From Lophium mytilinum (lineage: Eukaryota): a DNA stretch of 64,000 bases. Location of the stretch: the NCBI GenBank assembly GCA_010093605.1, contig MU004181.1, positions 3,162,001 through 3,226,000 on the forward strand, written 5' to 3'. The notes under the pieces were generated by a model. That model ran no database searches and had not been told where the DNA came from. It saw nothing but the letters and a program-made list of their open reading frames with translations. Of the stretch, positions 23,943-37,418 are shown piece after piece (the stretch's first letter is position 1; every line of letters begins with the position of its first letter). Position numbers and translations under genes: made by a program.

Positions 23943-26583
23943 TCAGTCGCCAACCCCGTTGCCTCGAACTCTTCGGTTCACGCTTCCACTTCGTCCGAGG
24001 CTGCCCACCCCGGCAGATGCCCGAGCGGCTCTTGCAGCTTCAACGTAGTGTCCGAGCGCAGGCTGCTTTCTCCTGCTGTCGTCGCTCGTCACGCTGTCCC
24101 CGGCAACGCTCTTTTCGTATACTGGAGGTGTTTGGTGCTCACGATATCGCCTACTTCCATCGCGAAGTAGTGTTGAAGATTGAAGCGCATGGAGATTTTC
24201 GCTGGGGGCGTGTCCGCCTGTCCTTCGGAGCGTGGATGTCGGATGCAAAGACGGCGAGGGTTGGAGCTCGCTGAAGTCTCTGCTCAAGCGCTTCGATCTG
24301 TTGGAGGTCCGAGACTGACTGAAATCGGTCATAGCGCGGGATGGAGCCCGTAATGTGGGATCATCTTCGTCGTCCTCGTTCATCGGGCGTTGACGAAGGA
24401 GTGAGGTCCCGGCTCGATTCAAGCGATTGGTGAAATTTGGCTGTGAAGGTGTGGGTTCCAGACTCGACTCACGAGACCCATTGAGGCCCATCAGACTACT
24501 CCTTCGGGCTTCGATGCGGCTAAGTGCTCGGCTTGGGCTGGAACGCTTGACTCCTGCTTCAGGCTCGATACTCGCTCGTACTTGTGGGGGAGTAGAGTAA
24601 GTGGGTGTATGAACCTCGCTGCTAGGTTGTACACTAGCTCGACGGGTCCCCAGGGGCGTCGCTCTGAAAGCAGAACTTTCATGATTGATTTTGACCTCAC
24701 AGAGTGCAATGCAGAGCTCTGTGAGGCTGCGACACAGACTGTCGGCTTTCCGCCGCACTTGCCGGTCTGGTACAGTGGCGCCGTTGATTATCGAGCTTGC
24801 AGAATACAGGGTGCCCTGAGGGCCCGCGCTGCCAGTAAGAGCAGCTAACGCCAATGCTTCCGATACGGTTACCTCAAGACCTCGGTAGACGGAGGGTGAG
24901 ACGTTCTCTTTTGCTTTAGCTAGTGCCGAATGCAGAAGAGGATGTATATTAGAACTCGTGGGTCCACCAACAGTAGATTCCGAGGGTGATGTACTGGGCT
25001 TGCGGTAGTGCTTTGGAGATGAGGAAATCGTCGTCACCGTAGTCGTAGCAGTTCGCGGACGCTCACCAGACCCATTCGATATCGCTGCCCCCGAGGTGGC
25101 AGGCATCTTCCCCGAGAGCTCAATTCTTCTAATTCTAGACTTCAGTTCGTCCAACTCGTCCCATACCGAAGACGGTGCCCCAGTAGAGTCTGCAGATTCA
25201 GTACCGTCTGCACGGGAGAAAGTGCGATTGGGCTCGGGCGGAGTGTCGATGTGTGGCGCAGAATCGTTGTCTCGGGACGAAGAATAGTTAAGATTCGACG
25301 GACGATAGGCACGACTTGGGGGAGTTCCAGAGGCATCGGGAAACGAAGGTCTCCTTCTGCCATACTGCGGTAGAAGCTGCGGGGAGGTGTCCTGGTCCTT
25401 CGATCGGGAAGATGAGAATGAGGGCTGAGGTGAGATACCAAGCATGCGAGTCCGGTGAATATCTAGCACATTTGCGGGAGAGGCGGGGGATTGTTCACGC
25501 ATACTTCGGACATTTATCGAGGGAGATGGGAGCTGAGAGAGCCGTCGAGCGTGAGCGGCTTGTCTGGTATCAATGGCGGAAGGTGTTTTGGGAGTTGTAG
25601 ATGCGGATGGCTGCGCAGGACTAGAGTACGCGTTTGTTGGCAAAGACTGGCCTTTTGTTGCTCGTGCGATTCGAGACTAGTGGGTGCTCAATTAGTAAAA
25701 AATTCACAGAATTCGCTTGATACGCTATAATTCACGACAACGAAAGCAAACAACATCAACACGTGCTAACACGCAAGGGTACCGTCCCAAATACCGCCGA
25801 GTGGCATGATGAACAGACCAGAAAGTGAATGGACAGCAATTCTGACCACACCGCATCTTCTACGAGGCAGAGCCACACGTGGAGACTTACCCGTCTTCGC
25901 TCCGTCCGCGTTGTGCCCCCATCGGCGTCTTCTCTCTGTGGTGTTGTGTCCTGCGCAATGTTCAGGAACAGATCCTCAGCGGGCTCTCCATCGGTCCCCG
26001 AGCCCGTGTCGGCGCGACGTGTGTTCTGCAGCGTCAAGGTGTCGCCCAGCGGGCTGCGCAGGCCGGCGTCGTAGTCGGACGAGTCGTCTGGAGAGCTCGC
26101 CATGTGGTCGAAACGGCGGGATTCCGAGTGGGTGGATCCTGAGCGCGAAAGGCCGGGCGAGAGGTCGCGTCGTCCTCTGCCCGCGACTGAGCTAGCCGCG
26201 CTTCCTGGCTTGAGCAACGTAGATGCGCCCGGGGACACCAGGCCCAGCTGCTGCAGCTGCTGTTGGGCAAAGGCGAAGTCGGACGCCTTCTGCGAGCGAC
26301 GCGCAATGTCGGCAGAGTAGGAGCCGCGCGTGATGAGGGCAATGGGAGGGCCTTGCGACGTGTCTATGCCATGGCCGCTCGTGCTGTGTGAAGCTGGAGC
26401 TGGACGTCGAGGAGCGGAGGCGGAGGGTTGCGGTGAAAAGTAGGAGGCGGCGCCGGACCCAGCTGGAGAGTGAAGAGCGGTATTGGGCGACGACGGGTTG
26501 GTTAGTCGACGACGGCGGCCATGGGATGTTGTGGAGGGGACGCGCGAGATGGCCGCGGGCTCAGTGTTGGTTCTGTTGTGCAT
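23943..26583 (-). CDS. mto2: Mto2/Spa18-like disordered microtubule-organising-centre protein
   Basis: AEDLFLNI, VWDELDELKSRIRRIEL and DSLCRSLTELCIAL resemble, from memory, three blocks of S. pombe Mto2. Intron 25677-25890. Start could also be 26103. Confidence 0.7.
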
Positions 26584-27969
26584 GGCAAGGATGTCCTACC
26601 GTCTTGGATGCACACACAGCGCCGAGTCAGCCCACGGGATCGCGTAGCAATTGCTTCATCATGAAGGGATGAAATTAGAGTCGCTGCGCCGGCCAGGAGG
26701 GAGTCGTTGGATATCGGAACCAAGCCGTTGCGCACAGCTGGTTAACTCCAAGTAGCGCCCGCAGGCGGCGCCCATCACATCCGTCACATGGTCCCATCCC
26801 GTCTCGGCACACCACTGCTATATATCCGTGGCTATTCGTTCTATATATTGGTTTGTCCTGCTCCAATGTCTCCCTTCCGTGGTCGACGAAGAGCCTCGCC
26901 GTCTGACCATGGACAAGACAGCTCGAAGGACCAATTCGGCTCTTTGCGACAGCTCTGGTCGCACCTTGTTGAACTGACTCGGTGCATATGTTCGCATCCA
27001 TGGATCGATATCTATTCACTGGCCCTTATCACTGCAGGCGGGGGCTCAAAGCTACTTCACTGGCGACTCCGTTGATCATCAAAGGCTAGAAATGTCTCTT
27101 AAGAAGCCCCATTGCGCGGTACGTGAAAGTGTTGTTAAATTCTGTGAACCTTTGGAATTCACACTTCGTAAGAATCGAGGGACGGACCCGTCGGCTGCGG
27201 AGCAACCGCTCAGGAACAGGTCTGGCGTGGATGAGGTGCAGATAAACCCCTTGATGCCCTCTTGCGCTCCACACCCACGAGACGGAGAGTGCCGCAAAGG
27301 CTAACAGGCTGGTCTAGATGGTCTTTGAAATACGTTACTGTTCGCCAAACTACAGTTTGAGTGCATATGCTGCAGCCCATAGAACTGGCGAATGAACTGT
27401 CGAACGAGTAGTTCTTTGAATCCTGTACCCCCACCCATCATTGGGATGGAAAAGACAACGTGAGGATCCGACCAGCACCGGTAGCATGAAACATCGATGC
27501 AATGCCATCACAATGTGGCGCCCGGGATGTCGCACGCATCCTGGCCTCCGATCCGGCCGGTTCTCACTTGAGTGTCCCGTGTTCCGAAGGCTCTATCGCA
27601 TTTTGTGCTCGTTGTGCAAAAGTGATGGAAGCCACCAAAGATGTCCTAACGGGTGTTTTTTGGTGGTATCGATCGCAGGCTGATTTACAAGCACCAGACC
27701 GTGAGGCACGCTGGAGCTAGGCGTGGTATATGTGGCTCAAACTTCAACCACTTTGTCTAGAGTAAACCCATCTGCCACGGCTTGAAGTGCTGCAATGAGT
27801 TTTCATGTAGCCTAAGATGAAGAGCTTCTCACTTGTTCAGATCTCTGAAAATATGTTGCAGCAATCCAAGCAGTGGCCTGACCACCCTTTCTATGCCCAG
27901 CGTGAGTGACTAAAGTAACTTTCACCGTTTTGAAGATTCGCGGAAGAACATATGGCCGGCGCCGAGAGC

Positions 27970-27977
27970 CACGTGAC
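27970..27977. promoter_or_regulatory. CACGTGAC (Cbf1/bHLH-type E-box) upstream of PRP45
   Basis: Exact CDEI-type octamer about 140 bp before the ATG. Confidence 0.4.
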
Positions 27978-28112
27978 GTCCTCTCAAAAAGTTAACGTCA
28001 AGCTGCTCAGATCATCCTCTCCAGACTTCCCTCAATAACCACCCTCGCGTCCACTACAGCTTCTCACCGCCGACAGCTGAGCCGAAGGCACCTCCACCAT
28101 AATCATACCATC

Positions 28113-29895
28113 ATGGCCTCTGTGGCTTCACTCTCGAGGGTCCTGCCGAAGCCCAAATATACTGGCGAAGAGGAGGAGGTCAAGGAGGCAACAGGCCCAC
28201 GCATAGTTGGCGCATCCCAGCTCGGCAACCAGCTCGTGCTGAAACGCACCGGGCCCCCACCGTATGGTCAGCGACAGAGATGGAGGCCCCGCAACAACGA
28301 GGACTTTGGAGATGGCGGCGCGTTCCCCGAGATCCCCGTCGCGCAGTATCCTCTGGACATGGGGCGGAAGGGCGGTGCCAGCAGTTCGAACGCGCTTGCC
28401 TTGAAGGTGGATGGCGACGGGAAAGTCAAGTACGATGAGATTGCGCGAAGGGGTCATTCCGAATCGAGGATCGTGCAGGCCAGCTTCAAAGATCTCATTC
28501 CCCTCCGCCAGCGGGCTGATGCCGGGGAGCTAAATTTGGAGCGACCGGACGCAGAGATGGTGCAGGCGACAAAGGAAAGGACTGAGAAGGCGCTGCAGGC
28601 TTTGGTCGCAGGTGCCAGCGCCGCTCAACGGCCGAAACAGGTTCAAGGCCGCAACAAGGCGGAACCGACCTTCGTTCGATACACGCCAGCAAACCAGATG
28701 GGAGACAACACCAAGAAGCAGGATCGGATACTGAAGATTGTGCAGCGCCAACAAGACCCTTTAGAGCCGCCGAAGCACAAGATCAAGAAGATACCGAGAG
28801 GACCTCCTTCTCCTCCACCGCCCGTAATGCACTCGCCGCCTCGCAAGCTCACAGCGGAAGATCAGGAAGCTTGGAAGATTCCGCCGTCGCTAAGTAACTG
28901 GAAAAATCCCAAGGGCTACACCATACCGCTGGACAAGCGATTAGCAGCAGACGGGCGCGGCTTGCAGGATGTCACTATAAACGACAAGTTTGCTAGTTTC
29001 GCAGAAGCGCTATTTACCGCGGATCGCCACGCCCGCGAGGAGGTGAAACAGCGAGCTTTGATGCAGCAGAAGCTTGCGGAGAAGGAGAAATTACAAAAGG
29101 AAGATCATCTTCGCACGCTTGCTCAGCGAGCTCGCGAGGAGCACAAGAACGGAGGTCGCCGGCAATCGCATGGAAACCGTTCAGCTCGAGGCAGCCGGAG
29201 TTCATCGCCGTATTCGTCCGCTTCCGCGAGCGAAGACGAGGAGGCCGTCCGGGAGAGGGAGCAGATGAGGCAAGAGAGGAAAAGAGAGGCTGAGCGCGAG
29301 CTACGAAAGTCTCGCATGGGCACTGAGCGACGTATCCAGATGATGGCTCGGGAGCAGAATCGCGATATTTCTGAGAAGGTGGCATTAGGGCTTGCTAAAC
29401 CTACACAGAGCGGAGAGTCCATGTATGACTCGCGCTTGTTCAACCAGACGAGTGGTTTCAACACTGGTTTCAACGAGGATCAGCACTACGACAAGCCCCT
29501 TTTCGCGGCCCAGGACGCCATCAGCAGCATATATCGCCCGAGCGTGCAGCAGGACGATGATGAGGATAATGGCGAGACATATGAGAAGATCACAAAGGCG
29601 AGTAGATTCGAAGTACTAGGCAAAGCAAAGGAGGGGTTCAAGGGCACAGAAGATGCAGAGGTCAGTACTGGCTGCTACACAATGCTACGTTTGCAATACT
29701 AATTTCCTCGTGTAGGCACGCGAGGGCCCGGTGCAGTTCGAGAAGGATACAGACGATCCTTTCAATATTAACGAGATGATATCAGAGGTTACAGGCGGTG
29801 CGGTGGGAGGAACGAAAAGGTACGGCATTCAGGAACAGGAAGAAGAGGGGAGGGCTTCGAAACGGGCGAGGGTGGATGATGATGAGGAGCGGTAA
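28113..29895 (+). CDS. PRP45: Pre-mRNA splicing factor Prp45/SNW1/SKIP
   Basis: DFGDGGAFPEI, DPLEPPK, SNWKNPKGYTIPLDKRLAADGRGL. Intron 29662-29716, then AREGPVQFEKD...EER*. Confidence 0.95.
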
Positions 29896-30485
29896 TCGTG
29901 AGAATCCAAACTTTGCTCACAAACTTCTTTCAGCTTCAACAAACACTTGCGGTTCGGATTGGAGTTCGGCCTGTTGGCCACATCATCTAGCTTCGAATTG
30001 CATGGGTGCGAGCATTCATATTACACTAATAGGAAGTCAATGCACACCGTTCATGCCCGCCACGATGTCAGTTCGAGATTTGGATCATGCTTGAAATGTA
30101 AACTGCCAGACTCTGTCGAAGCTGTCTACCGTCTCACCTTCGCAGAAAGGGTATCATGTGTATTCGCTAGAATGAAAACACGCTCTCGTATTCACTCTGA
30201 GAGCTCCACTGCTGGTACTCAGCCTAACGCCGCTCAAGGTATTAGAAGCAAGTTCCCATGAACGTACGCCCCTTCCGGCTCTTCACTTAGCCCAAATGCC
30301 ACAGACCAGCAACTCCACCAGGAAGACCCAATTGAAGCCGTCCTGTGGGTTCAACAGCTGGGCGCTTAGCCCTTCTGCCGCCATCTGGGCTACAGCTGGT
30401 CAATAGCGGTCATGCGGGGGGGTCATTGTGGAGGCTGTATCGCGTTGTTGTCGACTACGCGCAGTGACCGATTGGGACGCTACGT

Positions 30486-31598
30486 TCATCTGAACAAGGG
30501 TCGGCCACCCATTCTCGCAGCCGACCTCTCCGGGCCTTCCAAGCTCAATCCCGCAACTCCAGCACCACCACCTTCCCTATCTCGCTTGTACCTCCTGAGG
30601 GCCTCACGTAAGTGATCTGGCGTCAACGGACCCTTGTCCATGTCCTTCACGCGGTCGCTGAAAGACTTGTCCTTCGCAATCTCTTCCCATAGAGGTGCTT
30701 CAGGAATATTGAGACCAGCAGCTTTGATGTCTTCCGGAGTGGCAACCGCGTCGGTCTTGAACTGTGAGGGTCTTTGGAAGGCAGTGGCGAGGAGCGAAGG
30801 GGGAATGTTTGGGTTAGGGAGATGCGTGCGGGCTGCGGCCCACTCATCGCGGACTGTCAAGGCGCGGTCGATGAGTTCGCCGATGAAGACTTTGGTGAAG
30901 CCGTTTATGGCGATTATGACAGGTTGCGGGACGGACTGGGAAAGGGTCTGGTTCGTGATCTGAGGGCCATCATTAGCAACTTGAAAGCGTGGAATGATGG
31001 GTTCGTTCCACCTTCCGCACGATCTCCTTCCGTAGCTTGATACGCCTGAATATGGTATACCGCTCCGTCTGGTCATCGTCAAGACGCTCGAGGAGAATGC
31101 TAGAGCTGTATCAGCCAATCTGTCTCGATGGAAGAGCCTCGGTAAAGAGACCCACCGTATCTGCTGCTCTGCCTTCGAAGCATCCTCTTCATCCTGCGCA
31201 CCTCCCTCTAGCATCGTGTCCATCCCCTCGCCTTCATCTTCGTCGTCCTCGTCCTCGTCCTCGCCGCCCTCTCCTGCTGCATTTTGACTTCCTACCACAC
31301 TGCCCGGCCCACCTCTCAGACTCGCCCCTGTCATGCTGCGCGAGTCGTCCGCGCGCCTCTTCCCTCGACCCTTGCCGCCTGTGGTGCCATTCGCCATACT
31401 GGTGCCTGCAACGGAGCTCTCGGCGGAAGGAGAGCGGGAGAATCGTGGTGTGGTTGCGCCCGAGACGCCGTTTACGTCAGGTGCGAAGGAGTTGCGGAGA
31501 TTCGATGGCTTGCGCTTCTTGTTCGCGCCAGAGCTTCCAGCGATGGAAGGTCGTTTGCGGGGGACGTTCAGGGTGGGCATATGCGGTGGTGAGGCCAT
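30486..31598 (-). CDS. TAF11: TFIID subunit Taf11 (histone fold), 2 introns
   Basis: RYTIFRRIKLRKEIVRK|ITNQTLSQSVPQPVIIAINGFTKVFIGELIDRA and GPLTPDHLREALRRY. Confidence 0.92.
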   Translation of the reverse strand: MASPPHMPTLNVPRKRPSIAGSSGANKKRKPSNLRNSFAPDVNGVSGATTPRFSRSPSAESSVAGTSMANGTTGGKGRGKRRADDSRSMTGASLRGGPGSVVGSQNAAGEGGEDEDEDDEDEGEGMDTMLEGGAQDEEDASKAEQQIRWVSLPRLFHRDRLADTALAFSSSVLTMTRRSGIPYSGVSSYGRRSCGRWNEPIIPRFQVANDGPQITNQTLSQSVPQPVIIAINGFTKVFIGELIDRALTVRDEWAAARTHLPNPNIPPSLLATAFQRPSQFKTDAVATPEDIKAAGLNIPEAPLWEEIAKDKSFSDRVKDMDKGPLTPDHLREALRRYKRDREGGGAGVAGLSLEGPERSAARMGGRPLFR

Positions 31599-31917
31599 GG
31601 TTGGAGAGGGGTTTGGGGGGTGTCTCTAGTTCCAGGGTTTATTGAAGGTGAGGAACTATTTAAGCTTTATCTTTCATAAGGCTCTAAAGTATAAGGCGAG
31701 CTTGTTGGTTGCGCGAAGGCGAATGCGCGGTGAACGCAAAGTCGTAAAGTGAAATCTGGAGGTCGAAGCTCCCAGGAACGGCACTTGCCGAATGACTGAC
31801 ACTATGTCATTCCCTTCGACTACTATCATCCAATACAACATAAAACCCCACCGTGCCTCACTAACCGTCAACTAACCCTTCTCACCCGTTCTCTCATTAT
31901 CCACACGTATTATAGCA

Positions 31918-32388
31918 ATGGGTCTTCCCATACACGATGAAGCTGCCGCCGACCAGCCGCAAGACGAATCCTCCTCCACTCCCGCCTCTGCCCTCCCGCC
32001 CGCCGCTCTAGATCTGGCCGCGAAACTCTTCGACCTTGCCCGCACAGGCGAGACCTCCGAGTTGCGCTCCTACGTTGTCGCCGGCATCCCAAAAAACCTC
32101 ACCAACCATGCTGGCGACACCCTTATTATGCTAGCCGCGTATCATGGGCACGCCTCTACTGTGTCGATGCTCCTAGAACTGGGCGCAGACCCGAATGTGT
32201 TAAACGAAAGAGGGCAGTCGCCTCTCGCGGGGGCTGTATTTAAGGGATGGGACGAGGTGGTGAAGGTCTTGTGTGAGGGCGGTGCCGACATGACTCTAGG
32301 GACCCCAAATGCGGTGGATTGCGCGCACATGTTCCGGAAGGAGGAATATCTGAAGCTTTTTGGGGTCTTAGAAGGAGATTCGGCATAG
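31918..32388 (+). CDS. Small ankyrin-repeat protein
   Basis: GDTLIMLAAYHGH...LLELGADPN...GQSPLAGAVFKG...L.EGGAD. Confidence 0.92.
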   Translation: MGLPIHDEAAADQPQDESSSTPASALPPAALDLAAKLFDLARTGETSELRSYVVAGIPKNLTNHAGDTLIMLAAYHGHASTVSMLLELGADPNVLNERGQSPLAGAVFKGWDEVVKVLCEGGADMTLGTPNAVDCAHMFRKEEYLKLFGVLEGDSA

Positions 32389-32820
32389 AGCGGACTGCTG
32401 AATGGAGCATGACGATATAGGTTGAGCCTATATTTTGTGTACAGTACATGGCGTAGTGTCGGAAAGAACATATCGGTAGAGGATACTTCTATTTGAACCT
32501 TTGACGGCATCTTGAGGGCTGGCCTATCGAATAATTAGACTAATCAGAACGAATCTCCACGCTCCTATGTTGTACATGCATCACTTCCAGATTTCCTGGG
32601 ATCCGGAAGCACCACAGCATACGAAATACTAGCAATGTTCTCAGGTCACCTTTGACAACGATTATATCTTTAAGATAGTCCACCACAAAGTGCACTTGTT
32701 TCTTTTAGGTAGTTTGAGACAGTCCTATTTGGATGGAGAACTGCATAGAACAACCCCCAAGGATCAATCGATCCATCCCAGCCCAAAGAACCTCGAATCC
32801 GAACAGACACCTACGACTCC

Positions 32821-34147
32821 CTAGTTCTCGTGCAACAGCCCGTGGTAAGTCTCGTCGACGCGCTTCGGCTTGCTAGTATCCTCCTTCTTGAACTGGCCAA
32901 GCTTCTCCTTCGAGTACGCCGCTGCGTAAGGGTTGAGACGGTGTTGGATCTGCTTGTTCACGAGCGGGTTCTTCTTCTGGCCGTTCGGGCGCTTGGTAAC
33001 CTTGCCTCCGCGGACGGGACGTAGCACGCTCTGGATTTCCGACGAGTTGATGATCTTGCTGAGGTCGGGGTTCCTCATCACCGCCGATGGGAGGAGGAAG
33101 TCCTTCTTCAGCGCCGACGCTTCAGTAGTTGAGCCGTAGATGGTGTCAAGGGCGGAGAAAGCTGAGGAGGTCCAGATGACGAAGCGGCCGAGATGTCCAC
33201 CAGGGGCGAGCTGGAGTAGGTTGAGGGCGTGAACGGACGATGTCTCAACTCCGGGGATATTGCGGAATGAGCGAACCAATTCTGGGCCGTCCTCTGGGGA
33301 GTACACGATAAGAGGTCCGCGACGCTGCTGGTGGCGGCGTCCACGTAGCTTTCCCTTACCAGCCCTGAGCTTGCGGGACTTCTTGACCTTCTCGACGTCT
33401 GGTCCAGCACCGACCGCCTTCAACAGAGCAACGGCAGCGGAGGTCTTGGTAGGAGCAAAGCCACTGCTAGCAATGACGAGGGGAACTTCGGGAACCTGGC
33501 TGATGTTGTGTCCACGGGCCAGGAGGAGAGCGGCAGACGAAGACGCGGCGAGGGCAGACGCGGTAGCGAATCGCCTAGTAATCATCAATTAGCTCTGCGC
33601 AGGTTTTGAAAAGCAACATGCCTTACTTCTGTCCCAGGTTGATCTTCTGATGCCACTTGCGCCAGGTCTTGGTGGGTGCGAACATGCGTCCAGAGCGACA
33701 CATGTTGCCAAAGGCGGCTTGACCGGCGCGGTGAGTTCCTCCACCGCTCACACGGGGAATACGGGCAACAGCACGACCCTGAAAATTTCCTTGTAAGCCT
33801 AATTCTGAAGCGAAGTTGTTCCTGTGGCCTGGCTTACAGTTCCCCACGATTCAGCGCTGGTCTGGTGACCGGCCTTGGGCGAAACAGCATACGGCTGGCG
33901 CTTGTTCTTGGCCATTCCCGTGTGGACCTGGCTACATTGTATATGAGTATGTGTGAGGTATCGGGCAGCGGTTTGCTTGTCTTACTGGACGATGTCCGGG
34001 CGGATCGGGGCCTACAGGGAGGTCAGCGTTTGAAGTCGTGAAAGCTAGAGATTCAGTCGCACGTACCTTGAAGACCTCGGGCAGCGCAATGGTGTCCTTG
34101 CTGGGGGCGCCATCGGCGCCAATGACGGTGACGGATGGTCTCGACAT
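32821..34147 (-). CDS. RPL4: 60S ribosomal protein L4 (uL4), 4 introns
   Basis: [62 protein letters not shown]. Confidence 0.97.
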
Positions 34148-34233
34148 GTTGACGGTGCGGTGCTTGCTCGTCGTTGATGCGGTTCGAGATTTGGCGATAT
34201 CGAAAGTCGAGGTTGGATTTCGCTTAGATGTGG

Positions 34234-34242
34234 GTCACGTGA
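34234..34242. promoter_or_regulatory. GTCACGTGA E-box upstream of RPL4
   Basis: Palindromic TCACGTGA about 90 bp before the ATG. Confidence 0.45.
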
Positions 34243-34709
34243 ATTTCGAAAATTCGATCTCTTTACATTTCTGCCTCGCCATCTCTACCGAGCTGGCTTC
34301 GCTGCACAATCAATCCTAAACCTACGACTTGTCATAAGGAGCACCATCCCATCCCCTTTTCATTTTCTCACCCGCTTCAGACCTGACGTTCGCACCGTCC
34401 TCTGGGCGTCTTTGCCTTCTCTTATCGCCTTGTCATGCATTCGCGTTCATTTGTTTACCGCCATTGGCAGCAACTCAATACACTTTATAAGGCATAAACG
34501 TCCAGGATATCTCAATTAGATCTACTAGAAACATTCTAGGCAACTTCAAATAGCGTTCCACGCTACTACATCTCATAAACTGATCTCGCATTTGCTGCGT
34601 ACTAACTAGCACTAATTCGATCAGACTAGGCGTCAACTTCAGCTCTTCCCATCTCAAACCATTCTCCGGCTCATCTTCACCTGTGTCTACACAGGATTCT
34701 AGCTCGATT

Positions 34710-35441
34710 ATGTCTTCCGAGTACTCGCTTCTCCTTTCGTTACCTGCCGAATTACGCCTGGAGGTGTACGCGCACTTTTTCACGCTATCAACAACGACCG
34801 CGCTCCCTCCACAGCCCCTCGAAAAGTCTCCCTTAGCCTTATCCCTCGCCTGCCGCCAGCTCTATGACGAAACATATGCACTTACATTCGCAGCGACAAC
34901 ATTCCACTTGCGGGCTTGGCGTCTCGCCGACCTCCAAAAATTCGTTATTCGCGTGCCGGCCCCCTATCGTCCATCTATCACGAGCCTCGCTATCCACGCC
35001 GGGGTCTACGACTTCTTGAAACATCAACAGTCGCTTTATGGGTTAAAGTTGGCAGCCGCAGGGCTCACGGGCATTCGACAGATCTATATACTTCTAGAAG
35101 GAGAGGCCACTCAAATCAAGTCTCGTGAAGGCCTCCTGATGAGCAATCTTGAGCTTCTTATTCGGAAGACCATAACTTTGTGCGACAACGCGAAGCTGGA
35201 CAAAATACACGTCATCCACCAAGGCAAGCTTTTTTGGCTTGGAGCCCCGGAAATATATAAGAGATACTGTGCGCAGTTTTCTCATCCAAACCCACGCTTG
35301 AACCCGGGTAATTGCGAGGTCGATATGTTGCACGGAAATCAATTCAGATTCTTAAAGAAGGGGGAAGACGGGAAGATGGAAAATGAGGTGACAGTGCGGA
35401 TGGAAGCAGTTACACATCCAAGCAAAGGCGAAGATATGTAG
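34710..35441 (+). CDS. Hypothetical protein with F-box-like N-terminus
   Basis: LLSLPAELRLEVY...LSLACRQLYDET...TTFH is the pattern of fungal F-box-like proteins. Confidence 0.75.
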   Translation: MSSEYSLLLSLPAELRLEVYAHFFTLSTTTALPPQPLEKSPLALSLACRQLYDETYALTFAATTFHLRAWRLADLQKFVIRVPAPYRPSITSLAIHAGVYDFLKHQQSLYGLKLAAAGLTGIRQIYILLEGEATQIKSREGLLMSNLELLIRKTITLCDNAKLDKIHVIHQGKLFWLGAPEIYKRYCAQFSHPNPRLNPGNCEVDMLHGNQFRFLKKGEDGKMENEVTVRMEAVTHPSKGEDM

Positions 35442-36569
35442 GAAAAACACCAGGTCATGCTCCTTGGCGTATGCTATACTACCGTGGTGAGCAAACCAGC
35501 GAGCAGGTAGCCGGTCAGTTAGACCGCAATTCAATAGCTCATTTATTTCACATGGTCTCTATTATGTCATATAGTACTGCTTCAGTTCATGAAGTTGTCA
35601 TCTTTTCGTGGTGGGAATTGGTTCCGATGCTTATCGCTACACTTGGTTGGTAACATATTTTCCATTTCCACCACAGCACTGCAACATTTGCTTGCTCTCC
35701 ACGTGCTGATGTTAACGTGAAAGTTGCTGTCTCGTAATCGTGGGGTAGATGGTGGGGCTTTTCGCGACCCGATATTTCACTGCACGTCCGTCCTCCAGGC
35801 TCTGCATCCTCCATCCACACAACACACAATTCGTAATAAGTCGCAAGAGGCGGTACGTATCGGACACCACACCCGACATCAATGCACAGCGGACTATCAG
35901 GGTTGAGCTGCCGATCGCCCTTCCACTGGAAACGTTTAGTGCCTTTGGCGACCTGCACCCTGGGCCTGAAGAGGTGGACATTGATAGGCATGGACCCTGA
36001 AATTGGGATCGGAAAGAACTCTCCCTTGACCTAGGCACACCCGGTGACTTGGAGCGCTGCGAATCAGCTTCTGATTCCATGAAAGATGTTGGTTCCAGTA
36101 GATCAGGGCTCGTGGCAAAGTCAACACGCGGACAACAACTTTCAGCCCATCACAATCCTACAGAACTCGTTCTCCACACCACCACATGCCAAGGCAGATT
36201 CCATTACCGAACCTGGTACATAAGCCGAACAAACGTTTCTAGAAGATATTGAACCACACCATCCACTTCCCCACCTGCTAACAGAGCAACCGAATGTCGA
36301 TGGATAGCAGGGGCACAAATTGGCCTTTACCGAACACACGATAGAGGCATCGACAAAACACGTTTACCTAGGATCTTCGTCACGTCTCCCATAGCACGAT
36401 CTCTTGCGAGCCGCGTGTCTATTTATCATGCCACCTGATATCTTCCGCAAGTGACTACGCGGGCCCCTCTACCGTGAGCAAACGGGCTCACAAGCTAGCA
36501 AAGACGGCTCCAACAGCCGTCAACGCAAAGCTCCCACCTTAGCTCCTAACACACTGCCGACGTCGTCAT

Positions 36570-36656
36570 GCCGATAGCTTTCCCATCCTTCCCGCCGGTG
36601 ATCAACACGCCGATAGCTTTCCCATCCTTCCCGTCGGTGATCAACACGCCGATAGC
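36570..36656. repeat. 39-bp tandem repeat, about 2.2 copies
   Basis: gccgatagctttcccatccttcccgYcggtgatcaacac at 36570 and 36609, with a partial copy at 36648. Confidence 0.92.
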
Positions 36657-36970
36657 CCTCCACTGCCGATCCAACGCACGGCTTTCCCTCTCCCTCCAGC
36701 AACCGAGCCCGCTCACCACCTATCAAACCCCCCATCTCCCCAATCTCTACTTCCTCAAGAACCTTAGATACACACACTTCCCCAACTAAGCCTACCGCAC
36801 ATGGACGGTATCGGCTGTTTCACAATACCCTAGCTCCATCTCACTCGCACCACCACAACCATCACCACACATGGCAAGACGCCGTCGCACCGACATGCCC
36901 CAAAAAGCCCACGTGAAGGCAAATACTTATCGCCACCTCCGCCTCTAGCACCTCCAGAAAGCAGCAACAA

Positions 36971-37418
36971 TCTACAAGCCTCTTAGAAAAACACGTGTTT
37001 CGAGCCACACCCGCCCCGCGCTAGCCCGCAGCGCCAATCCCTCCCGTTCGGCGGCCCTAACGCCCCAAAAAACCCCGGGGCGCCACACGACTTCCCCCCT
37101 CTCCCCTGGTCCCTGGGTGTGGGGGCCCTTCGGGTGATTATGCTTAGCCAGGGGTGGCCTGGCTGGCGCGCCGCTACGGACTTCATGCAAAAAACCTAAT
37201 TAGCGGTCTTTCTGTTCGCGGGGGCTATTTAGCACCGTGTTGGATTTTGCGGAGTCGAGCCAATTAGAATGGTCACGGTTAGGTTATGAGGTACTCGATG
37301 CTTTTCATCGGGACTCTGTTTCTGCAAGACGGCCCGAATGGTTGGGCGTGCGTAGCCTTTCATTTGGTAGTTCTTCTACGTAAGCCCGTGGGCTGGGGTG
37401 TGCAGAGCGCGTGTAGAC
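36971..37418 (+). ncRNA. Putative structured non-coding RNA (unidentified)
   Basis: Nested complementary segments with G-U pairs on the + strand and no credible ORF. See findings. Confidence 0.3.

Noticed and set aside
34480..34640. TpA-rich patch as a RIP-mutated element relic
   Set aside because: Too short, with no second copy in the window to compare.
35587..36127. 134-aa and 122-aa minus-strand ORFs
   Set aside because: No recognisable family or splice model; cannot be supported without a homology search.
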